Source: Lophium mytilinum
Lineage: Eukaryota
Direction of reading: 5' to 3'
NCBI GenBank assembly: GCA_010093605.1
Contig: MU004182.1
Location: 1,025,032 to 1,089,031 of the forward strand
DNA length: 64,000 nt
Within the stretch, counting starts at the first letter, position 1. Each line of letters begins with the position of its first letter. The position numbers and the translations under genes are program-made. The notes under the pieces are model-generated. The model saw nothing but the letters and a program-made list of their open reading frames with translations, ran no database searches and had not been told where the DNA came from. Positions 35,130-47,579 of the stretch are shown here, piece after piece.

Positions 35130-37098
35130 TCAGCCTCCTCCCCCTTCATTCCTCTCCTCCCCCTCCCCCTCCAACAAAATCTCATGCCCACTCCCATCCC
35201 TCACCCAAAAACTCGCCCCACACCCCACCGCGCTCACCCCAGCGACCGCCCACCATGCCAACCCCACCCTCCCAATCTCCAACCCCCTCCCGTTCCAATA
35301 CCCTGCCACCACCGGCCCAACGGTCCGCCCCGCCGTACTAACACTCTGCCCAACCCCATGAACCGTCGCCAGCACCGACGGGTGCGGCGCCGCGTTGTTC
35401 AGCAGTACGATGGACGCCGGCAGCGCGAACGTGCGCGCCGCGACCTGCAGCGTCAGGACGGCGCAGATGCCCGCCCAAACCCACATCCCTGAAGCGGGGG
35501 CTGGCGCAGGGGTGGAAGAGGGAAGGAGGGCGAGGTAGGGGGCGAGGGCGTAGGCGGCGGGGAAGAGGAAGAGGGCGGCGCGGAAGCAGCGTAGGAGGCC
35601 GTGTCGGGCGGTGGCGGTGGGGTAGAGGAGGAGTTGGAGGGCGAGGCCGACGAGGCCCAGGACAGCGAGGGAGGCGCCGATGGTGGCGGGGTGGAAGGCG
35701 AGGCCGCCGGTGAAGTGGAAAGGGGTGCGTTTTGAGATAGGGGTGGAAGAGGCGCGGGAGGTGGAGAGGAAGATGGGCCAGAGGCTCGAGAAGGCGCCCA
35801 TGTGAAAGTCGAAGATGGCGATTGAGAGAAGGGTGCAGAGGACGTTGGGGGTCCATATGCGTTTGAAAGGGAGGGCCTGGGGCGGTTTTGGAAGGAGAGT
35901 CTTTTCGTTGTGAGGGTTGGCTAGGGAATCGAGTTCGTCTTTCTTATCTTGATCGTATGTAGTTGGTGAAGGGTCGACTGGAAGGTAGCCTTGGTTTGTG
36001 CTCGGTCTGAAAATGCCAATAATCCCATGCCACATCTCCAGGAAAAAGGAGTTCTTTCCTTGGCGGAGCCTTGCTGCCGGGAGAGTTTCTCGCAGGTACA
36101 TGATTACGAGAGCTGCTTCTGAAAACAATAGGAACGTGCAAAGAAGACTAGGAAGCGCAAATGGATATTTCATCATCCAAGCCACACCGGTGGCGCCTCC
36201 ATACGTGGAGTTCCGACCAAATGTACTAGAAAATCTTGTAGCTGGGTGCACCAACAGGCCCCCGACAACTGCACATAGTCAGCACGTCTCATCTTCAAAA
36301 TAAACATCCGGGATGGGTAGCATAGGCAAGCATACCTGGTCCGAGGATATTTGCTACATTGAACGCCACCGGCAGAAGAAGAAACGCCCTCGAATGGTAC
36401 TTCTTCTCCACACACTCGGCAACCATGGTCCGCGCCGCGCCTACAGTACCGTTAATTGCACCGCCCAACATCCTCCACACCGCTGCCTGCCAGAAAGTCT
36501 CGGCAAACCCAACCCCAATGCACGAGATGCCAGTGCCAATGAGCCCAGTCAAGAGAACGTTCTTTCTCCCCAGCGCCGGCTTATCCGCCGCACGACCCCA
36601 AAGAATCGACGTTACGATCTGGGCAGCTGTGAAGCTGCCTTGGAGAATTCCCGCTTGGTGCGAGATGGTAGCTTCCGGGAGCATTGGATCAAAAGAGCGC
36701 AGCTGGTGAATCATGTACGACTGTAAGCCAGCCATCTGCCAGAAGTCGACAAGACGCGAAAGTGCCAGGATGGCGAGTTGGTCTTTGTTTGGGATGGTGG
36801 CCCATGATGCTTCCACAGTCTGCTTCTCAGCCACTGGAAAGATGTTCGCCGGCTTGCTGTACATTGGAGATTCGGTTATGGGAGTAGCGACGATTGTGCT
36901 CTCGACTTGCTCCTCGAGGTTCCCAGGTCGATTGAGGACGTGTAGGAGTGGCCGGACATCTGATTGGTGGCGCATGTGGACTTGCGAGTTGGTTTTCTTA
37001 TGCGAAGCTCCCGAGACGCTGGATCTCGGCGGACTGGGCGGACTGGGGAGGGAAGTGGAAATGGAATCCACCACGTGGTGGTGCCGTTGGCCGTCCAT
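35130..37098 (-). CDS. MFS transporter (DHA/ZIFL-like); intron 36269-36335
   Basis: WGRAADKPALGRKNVLL, RMLGGAINGTVGAARTMVAE, HSRAFLLLP, LATVHGVGQSVSTAGRTVGP. Confidence 0.9.
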
Positions 37099-38335
37099 AT
37101 CTACCAAAGAAAGGCTGTGGGTGTGAAACTAGCACTGGCTCATACTTTCGGTAGTAGACGAACAGAACGGGTGACGACTGCTGAAGCGCGGTATGAAGCA
37201 GGAAATCAAGCAGCTAGCAAGAAGCGCATACAGACTAGGGAGAGAGCGAACACGTACACAGACTAAAGGAAAATACGGCATGAGACCATGAGAGCAGGAC
37301 GAAAAGAGCGACGTAATGCTTCTCCGCAGACTGACGACTGCAACGCTCTTTACCTCAAGTAAGGCTAGACGCATGGATACTTGGTGTGGGGCTGACCTCG
37401 ACTTAACCAATTCACCGCCAGCCCTGCCAGACCACACATAACCATCCCGTGCGCATAAAGCGGCGGCAGTCGTCACTCTGGCCTGTCGGCATATTCTCAG
37501 ATGCTTCAGGGTGTGCGTAGGCCTTACAGCCCCATCCCGGTCGGGCATCTTGAGTCTGTGACGCGTTCCCTGCCGCAAGTGGCATCGACGCCGTCAGTGC
37601 ATTTCAGTCTTCATCACCCGCACACAACGTGAAACTGGCCGTTAGTGGGGCTGCAGCCACCCAGCTCGTGACACCGGGAAGCAGCCGGGACCCTCCCAGG
37701 TCGGGAGAAGCGATTTCTACAGGCCCTAGGGCTGTAAACAGTCGCTGCATCTGGCAGCTGGGCGTGGCGCGCCACCGATCAGCGCCGCAACTAGCATGTC
37801 GCTGGCCTGACTGGCCTATCTGTCCGCAGACTGGCGAGAGTGCTGCAAGGCGAAATGAGCATGCACCTTGTACTTCTGTTTCGTCGATAAACAGTGGACG
37901 AAGGATGAGGAAGCTGAGTGGGCGTCTGGTAGAGTGCGATCGGCTTGCATTGATGGAACTTAAGGGGAGAGGGGAGCAGCGACGGAATGCGTCTGTTAAT
38001 GGAAGGTTGGCTGTCGACCCGGATCAATCTTCCGGCTATAGGAGAGGGACGCTGCGGGTAGGGGATTGATGAAGATAGGGTGGTCTGTGGGTGGAGAGTC
38101 CTCAGAAATCCGTGCGCCTCATAACAATCATGCCAAGACATTTGCTCAACATCTGCATAATCGAATGAAGGTAAATGATGTTCATGCTATTTGATCCATA
38201 ATTTCAAACAAGTGGATATCTCTAGACAAGCTAAGCATCACCAAATGCCCCTCGAATGCCCCGAACCCGTCCCAAGCGCCGTGAACACCCTCTCAACTTT
38301 GTGCATTATGAACAATCATATCGTGATGAAGATAT

Positions 38336-40322
38336 TCAAGCCTCTTCCACCTTCATATAACTTCCTCGCACTGGGCTTCTGATCACCTGCGTCTGCAAGA
38401 ACTCGTGCGCCCTCCTAACGCTCTTCCGCGCTGTGTGCCTGAAAAAAAGCAACACGCATCCCGCCATTGCAAACGCGGCAAGGGCTGCAGGCCAGCCTAG
38501 CCCTATAAGCTTCACGTTCGGTAACAATACATCGAGGTAGTACATCGACGTGTCATAGCCTCGAGTGTAGTTGGCGCCACGGTTCCCGACCTTCGGAACG
38601 AGTTTCTCGAACTCTTCGCCTTTGTCTAGTGGAGGTACTGGTTTGCAATGGCGTTTGTCGCAGAGGTCGCGAATACCAATCGAAGGGACAAAAGTCTTCG
38701 AAATAGAGGATCTGGCGATAGGCTTGTGATCCTGGTCGAGGGCTTCGGTGAAAGACCACAGCTTTGCGTACGGGATGTGGAACTCGGTTTCAAAGCCAAA
38801 TTTGTCCTTGGTGCCCGCCAGTTCCCAAGGCCCCTTTGGTGAGTCTGAGACGTAGAAGTTCCAATACCGGACTTCAGTCGCACCATTCCAAGATGTGTAG
38901 ATCACGAGATCGTTGTCGTCGGTCCCAGTGAGAGAATAGGACCATATGGCTGGTTTACTGAGAGGTTGCGCCTTCCATTGGAACTTGTTGCAACGGTAGA
39001 TATTGACGTCTGAGCCCCAGAAAGCCAATTTGCCGTACATGACAGCTTCTCCAGAATCGAGGTGCTCCGAGTAATATGCGTGGTCGCCCCACCCGATGAA
39101 AACGTTGCTGGGAGAAAGGACTTGTAGATTGCCCTGAGAAGCTGCTACGACGCCATTACCGTCTTCTTCGGGTGCTAGCCATTCTCGTATCTTAGATGCT
39201 TTCTTCTTAATATGATCGATTGCGATGATCAGACCGCGCGACTCGGGATTAGTCCTATTGGGCCCATTGCTCGCATTGTCGAACATGGAGAGAATGGTGT
39301 GTGTCTGGTTCTCGTGCAACCACAAGGCATGATGCTGGCTTGAAAAGTGCAGGTTCTCATTTCGAAATGTCGGGTTCGCGCCGTTCAGTTCCCACATAAC
39401 CCTTCCGCTTTTACCTGATATCTTATAGACGGCAGCCATGTGGCGTGCAGAGATCATGTAATCTCCATCCGCGTTTTTATCGATGGAATTGATATGGAAA
39501 TAGTCCCACGGCGTTTCGGCAGTCAGTCCATTTCCACTCGTATCTGTGGAACCAGCTAGGGTGTAGCTGAAACTCGGTGCAATGTGATCCAGTGATCTCC
39601 ATTCGAAGATGAGTTCCCCAGTTTCGACATCGATTTCTTGGAACACTCCATCCATGATCCAGCCCATGCCAGGCCCGATTCCGAAGTCGGCCAAATCGAA
39701 TTGGCGGGGCGAATAAACGGTGACCAGAGCGGACTTTCCATCGTTTATGAGTCGGAATTCGTGCATATCGGTGGACGTAGCTGAACCAGCCGCTTCAACG
39801 GTCTGAACAACGCGGTAGCGGTTGTCCATGATGACGCCGTGCCCTCTCGCATATCCATGGTGCTGGTGACCTTGGAAGAAGCAGAGATGGTCGCTGCCCT
39901 TGTACTTGCATACTTGAACATTGTGCGCCGTGGAAGATCCTTGGGTTGCTGCTCCGGACCAGACCAGTCGCTAAGAGTAGATGAGCGTAAGTAGTTTACT
40001 TCTGGTGATTCGAACGTACGCCATTGTTGTCGTAGATGTACGGCCCAGAGTCAATATTACGGTACGGCGCTAGAAAGATGTAGCCAGGTGTGACATACTC
40101 CGGCTTCAGAATCTCTAGTGTCACAATGGGCGCATTGATTTCAGGTCTCTACAAGGAGGCAGAACCTGGAGTTTGTCTCTAGAGTGGTAGCAAGGTGTAT
40201 ACCGAATGGAAGATGGAGACTGGCGATGAGGTATTATCAGGTGTCGCAGAGACAAAAGGAAGCAGAAGACTGGAAACAGAGAGCAAGCACAAGGCTTGGG
40301 ACGAAAAGAATGAAGCGAGCAT
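38336..40322 (-). CDS. Arylsulfotransferase (ASST-type), signal peptide plus C-terminal TM; two 5' introns
   Basis: GPYIYDNNG, DMHEF, FQEIDVETGELIFEWRSLDH, WDYFHINSIDK, ISARH, FSSQHHA, FDNA, SQGNLQVL, SWNGATEV. Confidence 0.9.
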
Positions 40323-41604
40323 TGCTCTTGGAGGCACAAAAGACAGCGTAACGACGGCTGTGAGGTTAGTCCTCAAGATGGCACAGCTTTCGAGAAAATA
40401 TCTGGGACGTCAGTCAGCCCCTCGACCCTAGCCCTCAACAAGCTATCTCCAGGATCTGCCTTATCCATCTATCCCTGGTACCGACCGCACAGTCCGTCGG
40501 ATGATAGCGCTGGAGGGAAGGCAATGCCAAGGCCGTTGATGCCGCTCATCAGGAAACATTTGCCCGCACATATAACAAGACTTATGGACAGCTGGCTAAT
40601 AAGAGGACGTCGTGCTCTATGTGAAGAAGCACTAGCAGGTGGAGGGTGCCCCAACTGGCCAACTGCCGCTTCAGAGGGCGGATCGTCACCGGCTGCGCGT
40701 CGTCGCACATGTCCCAGTTTCATTCCCACAATTGCAAGCCATCACTCCGGCCCATACAGGACACGCGGCGAGAGCTTGGCACGCCTGATGTTCTTGCTTT
40801 CGAGATAGATGATCCCGAGACTGGACGGAGGTAGGATGAGGCCTGCGAGATGCGGGCTCGCCGTGAGGAGGCCCAAATGTGAGGAGTGGTTGTGGCCAGG
40901 CACGACGACGAAGCAATTGGCTCTGCAGCCATCAACGAACGTCTCAGCCAAGACAGCGGAGCAGGGCTCGGAGCAGGGCTCCGAGCCCCACGATGAACAG
41001 ACTGCCAAGGCCCGTACAGGGGTTGAAATGAAGCCAAGAATGTCTTCGTCGTCCTCCTGCCCCACATCGGCCGGTCCGTGACGCTTCTCTCAACGTCCGG
41101 TTGTTGTCACCGCATCATTTTCCTTGCACAACCACTGCAATGACCCTTTTCAACTGATAGTCATGGGGCTCATTGCTATCTGCAAGTTTCAAGGAACATC
41201 GTCCTTCCCCAATGGTCATCGCAGCCAATCTCAAGATTTCCTGCAAGGCCCTGCTACATGCCCAAAGCGGCAGCACATGTGGTGTTCTCTGAACTCTGGA
41301 AGTAGGAGGTCGATATGCGCAATTCCGCAGGCTGTATCACTCGCTCTGGATGCTATCCGGGCAGTACCGAGTATTATCATCATTGAGATATTCACATCAA
41401 GTCGCCGGAGTGATTGCCGCCGTCGGGCTTGTAGATTGAAGGGTATGCATGTATCTGCAGAGACCATATCCAGACGCCACATAAACGCCACCACTACGTA
41501 TGCAATATGCATGTTCAGAAATAAGAAATGCACCAGGACTAGCACCACCACCCGGAAATACCCCATCCTATCACAAGAACGTCCTCCAACCAACCACAGC
41601 GCTG

Positions 41605-42640
41605 CTATGCCCGGAATGCGGACAACCGCGCTCCCAGCCTGTGAAAGGTGACAGAGGCAGATAGCACGGCCGCGATGACACCGCCACCCATCACGAGAGC
41701 GCGGAAGGCCACGTTCATCATTTGCGCGCGGTTACGGGCCTTGCACCGGTCAACGAAGCCATCTGTGTCGTTGGTGTGCGGGAACTTCTTTCCCTGTGGC
41801 ACCGGCACCTCGAGGAACTCGCATAGTGGACCCCAACCCTGCCCCATGCGGTACTCGAGCAGGTTGTCTGCAGGCACTGTGGCACGCAGCTCCGCGTAGT
41901 AGTCGTTGAAGACAGACTTGCCGTACTTCTTGAAGTCGCCCTTGAAGAACGTGTCCCAGAACCGCTTCAGCATTGGCTGGTAGAGGCCCGCTCCCCAGTC
42001 CCATTGTGCAACGAGCTTGAGCTCTGGATCGTTGGCCCGCCAGTCTACTGTCTTTGTCGTGGAGCTAGCTTGCTAGTCAGTAGTGGTCGCGGGGTTTGCT
42101 GTAGGGTAAGAAGCTTACGCGTGCCATGAATCAACATCTCGTGTGGTGAGGATCACTTTCGCATCTGGATACGCCTCGATGAGCTCTTGGGCAAAAGCAA
42201 CTGCTGGCCAATCGCAAACTGCCTATGAGAGGTATCAGCGAGCTGTTAAGAAAAGAGTTCGTTAGAAGCGTAATACTCACTTGGCAATGGCCAAGCAGCT
42301 TATCCCATTCTTCCCTTCCGAAGGTCCCCTGACCATCGAATTTTGCAGCAAAGGCATCTTGCCACATCAAGCAGTCAGGGGGGTTCTCAACGCTCGCGGA
42401 CATCATGTGATAGGTATCTGTGAAGCCGAGTTCTTTCAGGGCGGTTCTTAGGGCTGTGAACGACTTATTAGTTTGGGTCCGTCGTGTTTGAACACCAGAC
42501 TTACAAGCAGTGCCAGTCCGCCCCAGACCAAGAGCAAGAACCTTCATGGGCACAGTACGCTGGCACTTCCGGCGGTCAATGTCAGTGTCTGCGGTGAAGA
42601 CATCTGTGATAGGCTTTGGAGTGTATGGTTGAAAGGCCAT
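41605..42640 (-). CDS. Sulfotransferase family 4-like P-loop protein; three introns
   Basis: MKVLALGLGRTGT, TYHM, AVCDWP, ELIEAYPDAKVILTTRD, VPADNLLEY...GWGPLCEFL..PVP...FPHTND, C-terminal TM. Confidence 0.85.
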
Positions 42641-44255
42641 GTTTTCGATTGTAGTACAGCTAAGATGTAGATTTTCTACTGTAACGAGTTGTGACGGATG
42701 ATGATAAGGAGTGTCGAGAAGATATAGATAAACACAGCGAGTGAAAGACTATCCAGAACCCTTGATATTAGGCTCTCTAGAATACGGAAGCTGCGAAACG
42801 ACGATATAGATTAGAAGGATGCAGATATCGGATATATGAGCAGGAGAAACAAAAGCACCAAGTCTTTCTAGCCAAGTCCTCCTAGGCATAATGCACGCGC
42901 TGCTCCGCCAAAATGTGGAACCCGCAGCCCGGTCGTCACGCTCTCTTGCTCCAGAAATGGAGGACTCTGTGGCCCGATACGTCTCCCCTTGATACTTGGT
43001 TGACGTACCCATCCACAAAGCACAGCAGGGGTGCACTTTGCCGCCACCCATAGCTCTTTGCTGATCCTGACAAGCAGCCCAAGCATGCCGGTTTGAGTTC
43101 CAGATGCCCCTTCCGCACGCTCGCCTCGCCTGCGATAAAGCACCGCTGAAACACTACATCTGGCGATCTGAATTACACGGCGGCGTGCGTTCTCCACTGG
43201 GCGGAGCGAAGGGCTTGGCCTCTTCGGGGAGCTGGCTATTCCCCGGCTTCATTGGGCAGCTGGCTCATATTGATGGCATGGTCTGCCTCCGCTCAGTAGA
43301 CAGACCGTGGCGATGAAGTGGTCGAGGAGATGTTGAGGCATCTCAATTCGAAACTCCCGTCGTCGTGCGCGTGAAGCTGGAAGGCCCTGCGGCGTGTGTC
43401 AGGGAGACGAGTCGTAGCCGGAGGGACGCGTATCACGGGGCCGATTGGGTGCGCGTGCTATTGTGGCCTTCGTCGACTGGCTGTGGGGGCCTCATCAAGG
43501 TGGTGAAGTTATTTGTCCCGAGATTCTGGCGGAGAACGTCATCCTTTTCGACCTTCAGGAGGGCGGGCTACTATCGCATTCGAAAGGTGATGGATTGTTG
43601 TGGTGCGTGGTGTCCTGATGGCAAGGGGAACAGACCTTTTAGCAGAGGGGGACGCGCCTTTATGTAGCGAGCGAATCACATCATTCGCAATTGTCCTTCA
43701 CAATGGCGAATCTAATTCCAATCGCTTGGCTCGTCGCAACGTCCCCTATTCCGTCCATCTCGAATCCCACAAACAGTAGGTCTTCTATTACCGGTTTGTA
43801 CTGCAGTTTCAGCCACATCTATTTCGGCTTCCACGCCGTTGTTCTATCTACTACGAGCGTGCGCCGAGAACTCGTACGTACCTAAGGCCATGATAGCATC
43901 GTGCCAAGGAGGCTCATCTCCATGATTCCACGTCATCTACATACTAAGCAGAGTTTGTATGTTGGGCTTGAACGCTCAGGGTGATTCACGACAAAAAGCC
44001 GGGTTGTTGAGGAATGGAAGACTAGCACTTACGAGATTAAGAGTACTTTCACATTTCTCTTTACGTGATCGGGTCTAATGGAAAAAACAGTGTCTCTCTG
44101 CGTCCGGTAGTCAGCTATACCTAGGTAAAACAGGGGTAATGTTCAAAATAACGCCGCAAAGTACGGTGCTTTTAGCAGCCTCGGATCCACACGTTGATCG
44201 GTATGTATGATACAAGTTTCAATATCGACACCTAGCTATGGCAACCAATGCAGGC

Positions 44256-44470
44256 TCATAGCTGCAATTCACGTGCAATTCGTCTCTTTGCAGCGGCCTC
44301 CACCTCCCCAGAGTTATCTTTGAATACTATATCCATCTGCTCAAGCGTCATGCCAGACGTTTCTGGTACAAAGAAGTACGAAAACACGGCTGCTGCAAAG
44401 CAGAAGCAGGCGAAAAAGATGTAAGTTCCATAACCAATATTAATCATCATCGGTGGCACAGAAACACCAG
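44256..44470 (-). pseudogene. 3' remnant of a sugar porter (MFS) gene
   Basis: [19 protein letters not shown]...[19 protein letters not shown]; no upstream exons present. Confidence 0.8.
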
Positions 44471-44499
44471 TGTGTTAGACAGCCAGATGGTTGCTGTTG

Positions 44500-46940
44500 C
44501 GGCACCTACGCCTTTGGCGCGGAGGTGATTTGGAAAAACCTCAGCAGGCATGCACCACGCAAGTGGACCGTAGGAAACAGCGTAGCATAGGATGTAGATG
44601 TCTGCACAAGATTAGCAAGCGAAGAGCGTAAGTGAGAGAGGTACCTACAGATCAAGGCGAAGCCGAACCAATTTACGGGAATGACCACACCAACGAGTAC
44701 GGAAGCCCCCAAGGGCGTCTGCAGTTCAGCCCACCATCCAGCTGGTCTACGCATTCACGGCAAAGAGAACATGAAAGTATACCATTACCAGTATATCCTC
44801 TAACTCCATCACCTCATACATTCGGCTGGGAGCAGCCGCTGGCTTTATCATGCTCTCCTACGTTGAAGTACGTTCTATGCCACCTTGGATGAGCCGGAGA
44901 GGTGGCGCTCCGGGGCCAACAGCTCATTGCGAATCTTTGCAAGTAGCTCCCTTTGCCATTCCTGCAACTCCATCGACGTCAGCAAACTTCGCCGCACCAG
45001 CCCTACAACGTATCGAGCTATCACAGCACGTAACTTCAAGATAGTCTCTTCAGAACAACGAGGAAGGGCAATTGATGCACCATTACGTCCAAGAGTTGGC
45101 TAGCTGGTTCGATGTTTTGGATCCAGCTCAACACTTTGCACGAGTAGTCCCCCATCGAGCCGCGCAGTGCGTACCACTACAGCAAGCGATATTTGCGCTC
45201 TCGGCTCGACATCTCAGTCGGATCAGTGACATGAATCCTTACATCTCTGATCAGTATTTCAAACGATGTATCGATGTGCTCATGCCCGTGATCAACGAGA
45301 CGCAGGCAATCATAGAGGAGGATATTCTTTGTGCTATGGTTTGTCTTCGTCTACTAGAAGAGTTGGATGGTAACCCTCTCCCCATTCGTTACCTGACTTC
45401 ACAGTGCTAACTTGATTTCACAGTTCCCCTGAGCGGCTGTGATAACCAACGTCACCTGAAAGGCATCCAAGTTCTCGTCAACGCTCAAGCGCGCTCGGCT
45501 GCCACAGCTGGCGGTCTTTTCCAAGCGGCCTTTTGAGCTGGCCTCCTGTTGATTGCAGGCCGTAGCGTCTGATATTAGGTGGAAGACTAGCTAATATACA
45601 GGAATTGACCCAAGTTTGCTACCGTGATTGCTTGCTGTGGTGATTGTCCTAATCCAACATCCTCCCTCAATATCAACAGCGGGCAATAATGGTGGGAAAC
45701 CTCCTTGATGGAGAGCGTCCAGTGATGAACAAGGGAACCATGCGTGGTTATGCTAAGGAGCGTGTGTCGATGGTAGACGTGTGAAGCATCGTGCGATAGC
45801 TGAGACCACTGTGTAGTTGAAGTAGTGAGTGGAAGAAGCGTCCAGTATTGATGATGTCTGACAACCTGTGATGATGGCTGACATCTTGTGGTGATGGCTA
45901 ATATCCTGTGTAGTGATGGCTGGTATCCTGTGGCGATGGCTGAGTGCATCTAGGAAATGCATCTAGGAATGCATGAAGAAGGCATCGAGGAAAGCATGCG
46001 ATGATGGACGAAAGGATCTGCTAATAACACCCTGCAGGAGCGGGCGGACGACCTGAGGCTTAGGGCAGCTTTGAATGAAGCCGGGCTCATTACCTGTTGA
46101 TTGCAGGCCGTAGCGTCTGATATTAGGTGGAAGACTAGCTAATATACAGGAATTGACCCAAGTTTGCTACCGTGATTGCTTGCTGTGGTGATTGTCCTAA
46201 TCCAACACCTCCACTAGGAGATGTTCATGGCTTTCATCACTTAGCGGCCCGTTGCACAAGCCCTTCTTTCCTACTGCAACATCGACCGTACATGCTCGCC
46301 CGCCGATGACTGCACATGGGTATACCGAATCATGGTCAATTTCGCGGATATCCTCGCCTTTTGCTATGGGCAAGCTCTTAGTCCTGCGTCAAGCCCTGGC
46401 GTAGAAGAAGATCTGCGCCGAAAAGCGCAATGGGACCAGCTCACGCGCTACGCAAGAGAGTGACACGAATCTCATCCACCACACTTCCACCCGACGTACT
46501 CCGCGGCTCCAGCGTCCGGGGAGACTTTCCCAAGCATTTACTACCACCTCCCAATCCAAGTCACAGCCTCCCTCTACCACCACGTCTCCTGCATTCTCCT
46601 CGCCATCCACAATCCCGCCCTACACCAAGAGCCCCCATCATCTTCTACTGTCCTTCGCCTCCGCACTGCCGCCCGCGCCCTTCACGACCTCGACACGACC
46701 GTCCGCGAGCACGTTCGCGCTCTCTGCGGTGTTGCACTATGCAACTCGTGGCTGGCGCCCGCGATGACGATGACAAGCACGGCGCTGACGATGTGCGGGG
46801 AGCATTTCTGTGATGTCGAGAGGGGAGAGCAGAATGGGATGATGAAGTTGCTTGTAAAGAATGAGGAGAAACATGGGTGGCCGACTGGAACGGCTTAGAG
46901 GTATTTGAAGCGGGTTTGGGGGTGGGAAGGGGAGGGTTGA
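44500..46940 (+). pseudogene. Fungal-specific transcription factor (ArcA-like) pseudogene, interrupted by a TRIM
   Basis: LMHHYVQELASWFDVLDPAQHFARVVP, AIFALSARHL, LRLLEE, AAF*AGL//H*EMFMAF, DDCTW, HGWPT; several in-frame stops; no Zn2Cys6 cluster found. Confidence 0.8.
45547..46207 (-). mobile_element. Copia-type TRIM (non-autonomous LTR retrotransposon), 661 bp
   Basis: Identical 113-bp LTRs 45547-45659 and 46095-46207 (TGTTG...CAACA); 5-bp TSD CCTCC; PBS GGTAATGAGCCCGG and PPT GAGGGAGGA on the minus strand. Confidence 0.92.
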
Positions 46941-47579
46941 TTAAATAGAAGAAGTGATAGAAAGAGCCACATATCTAGATCAGCTCGAGCCTAGAAAGTG
47001 TACATTTGGATTTGGGAGCCATTCTGTAGTTCATTAGCGTACAGGCTTAGTCGAGACTCTATCGGACAACGTATAATATGATACTGAGGTTAAGCTTTAA
47101 CCTATGACATTTTCGTATCTTGAACTGCGTTTTCCACGGAAAGCGCTCTAAGTAATGGAATGATACTAATCTTGAACATACCGGATAGATAGAAGATGAT
47201 GCTGGAGCTAATGTGAATATATGATGAAAGGCGGACATGAAGACGAAGTTAAAGAGCATGCATTTTGACCTACCATTCTCAACCGCACCCTGGATAATCC
47301 AAATCTACGCTGCCGCACAACACAGGATCCAACCTCATTGACCAGTCTTTCGCCAGACATGGAAACGGACTTGTCCTTTCACAGGAACAAAATTTGAAAA
47401 GGAGAGCAAATGGCGATGAGTCGTCGTTTCAACCCCTTCAAGCCTTGCGCAAGTACCCTTTCCCGGCCCGTGCCACCCGTTTCTCTTAATCTGCCGAAAT
47501 CTCGAGCGCGTTTTTTCGCGTCACAGAAGCAAAAATCTGCGATTTCACCCTTCAACACCGTTAAACTGAGCCCATCAAC

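Noticed and set aside
35184..35856. Overlapping Pro/Arg-rich ORFs
   Set aside because: Shadow frames of the GC-rich, strand-skewed 3' end of the MFS gene
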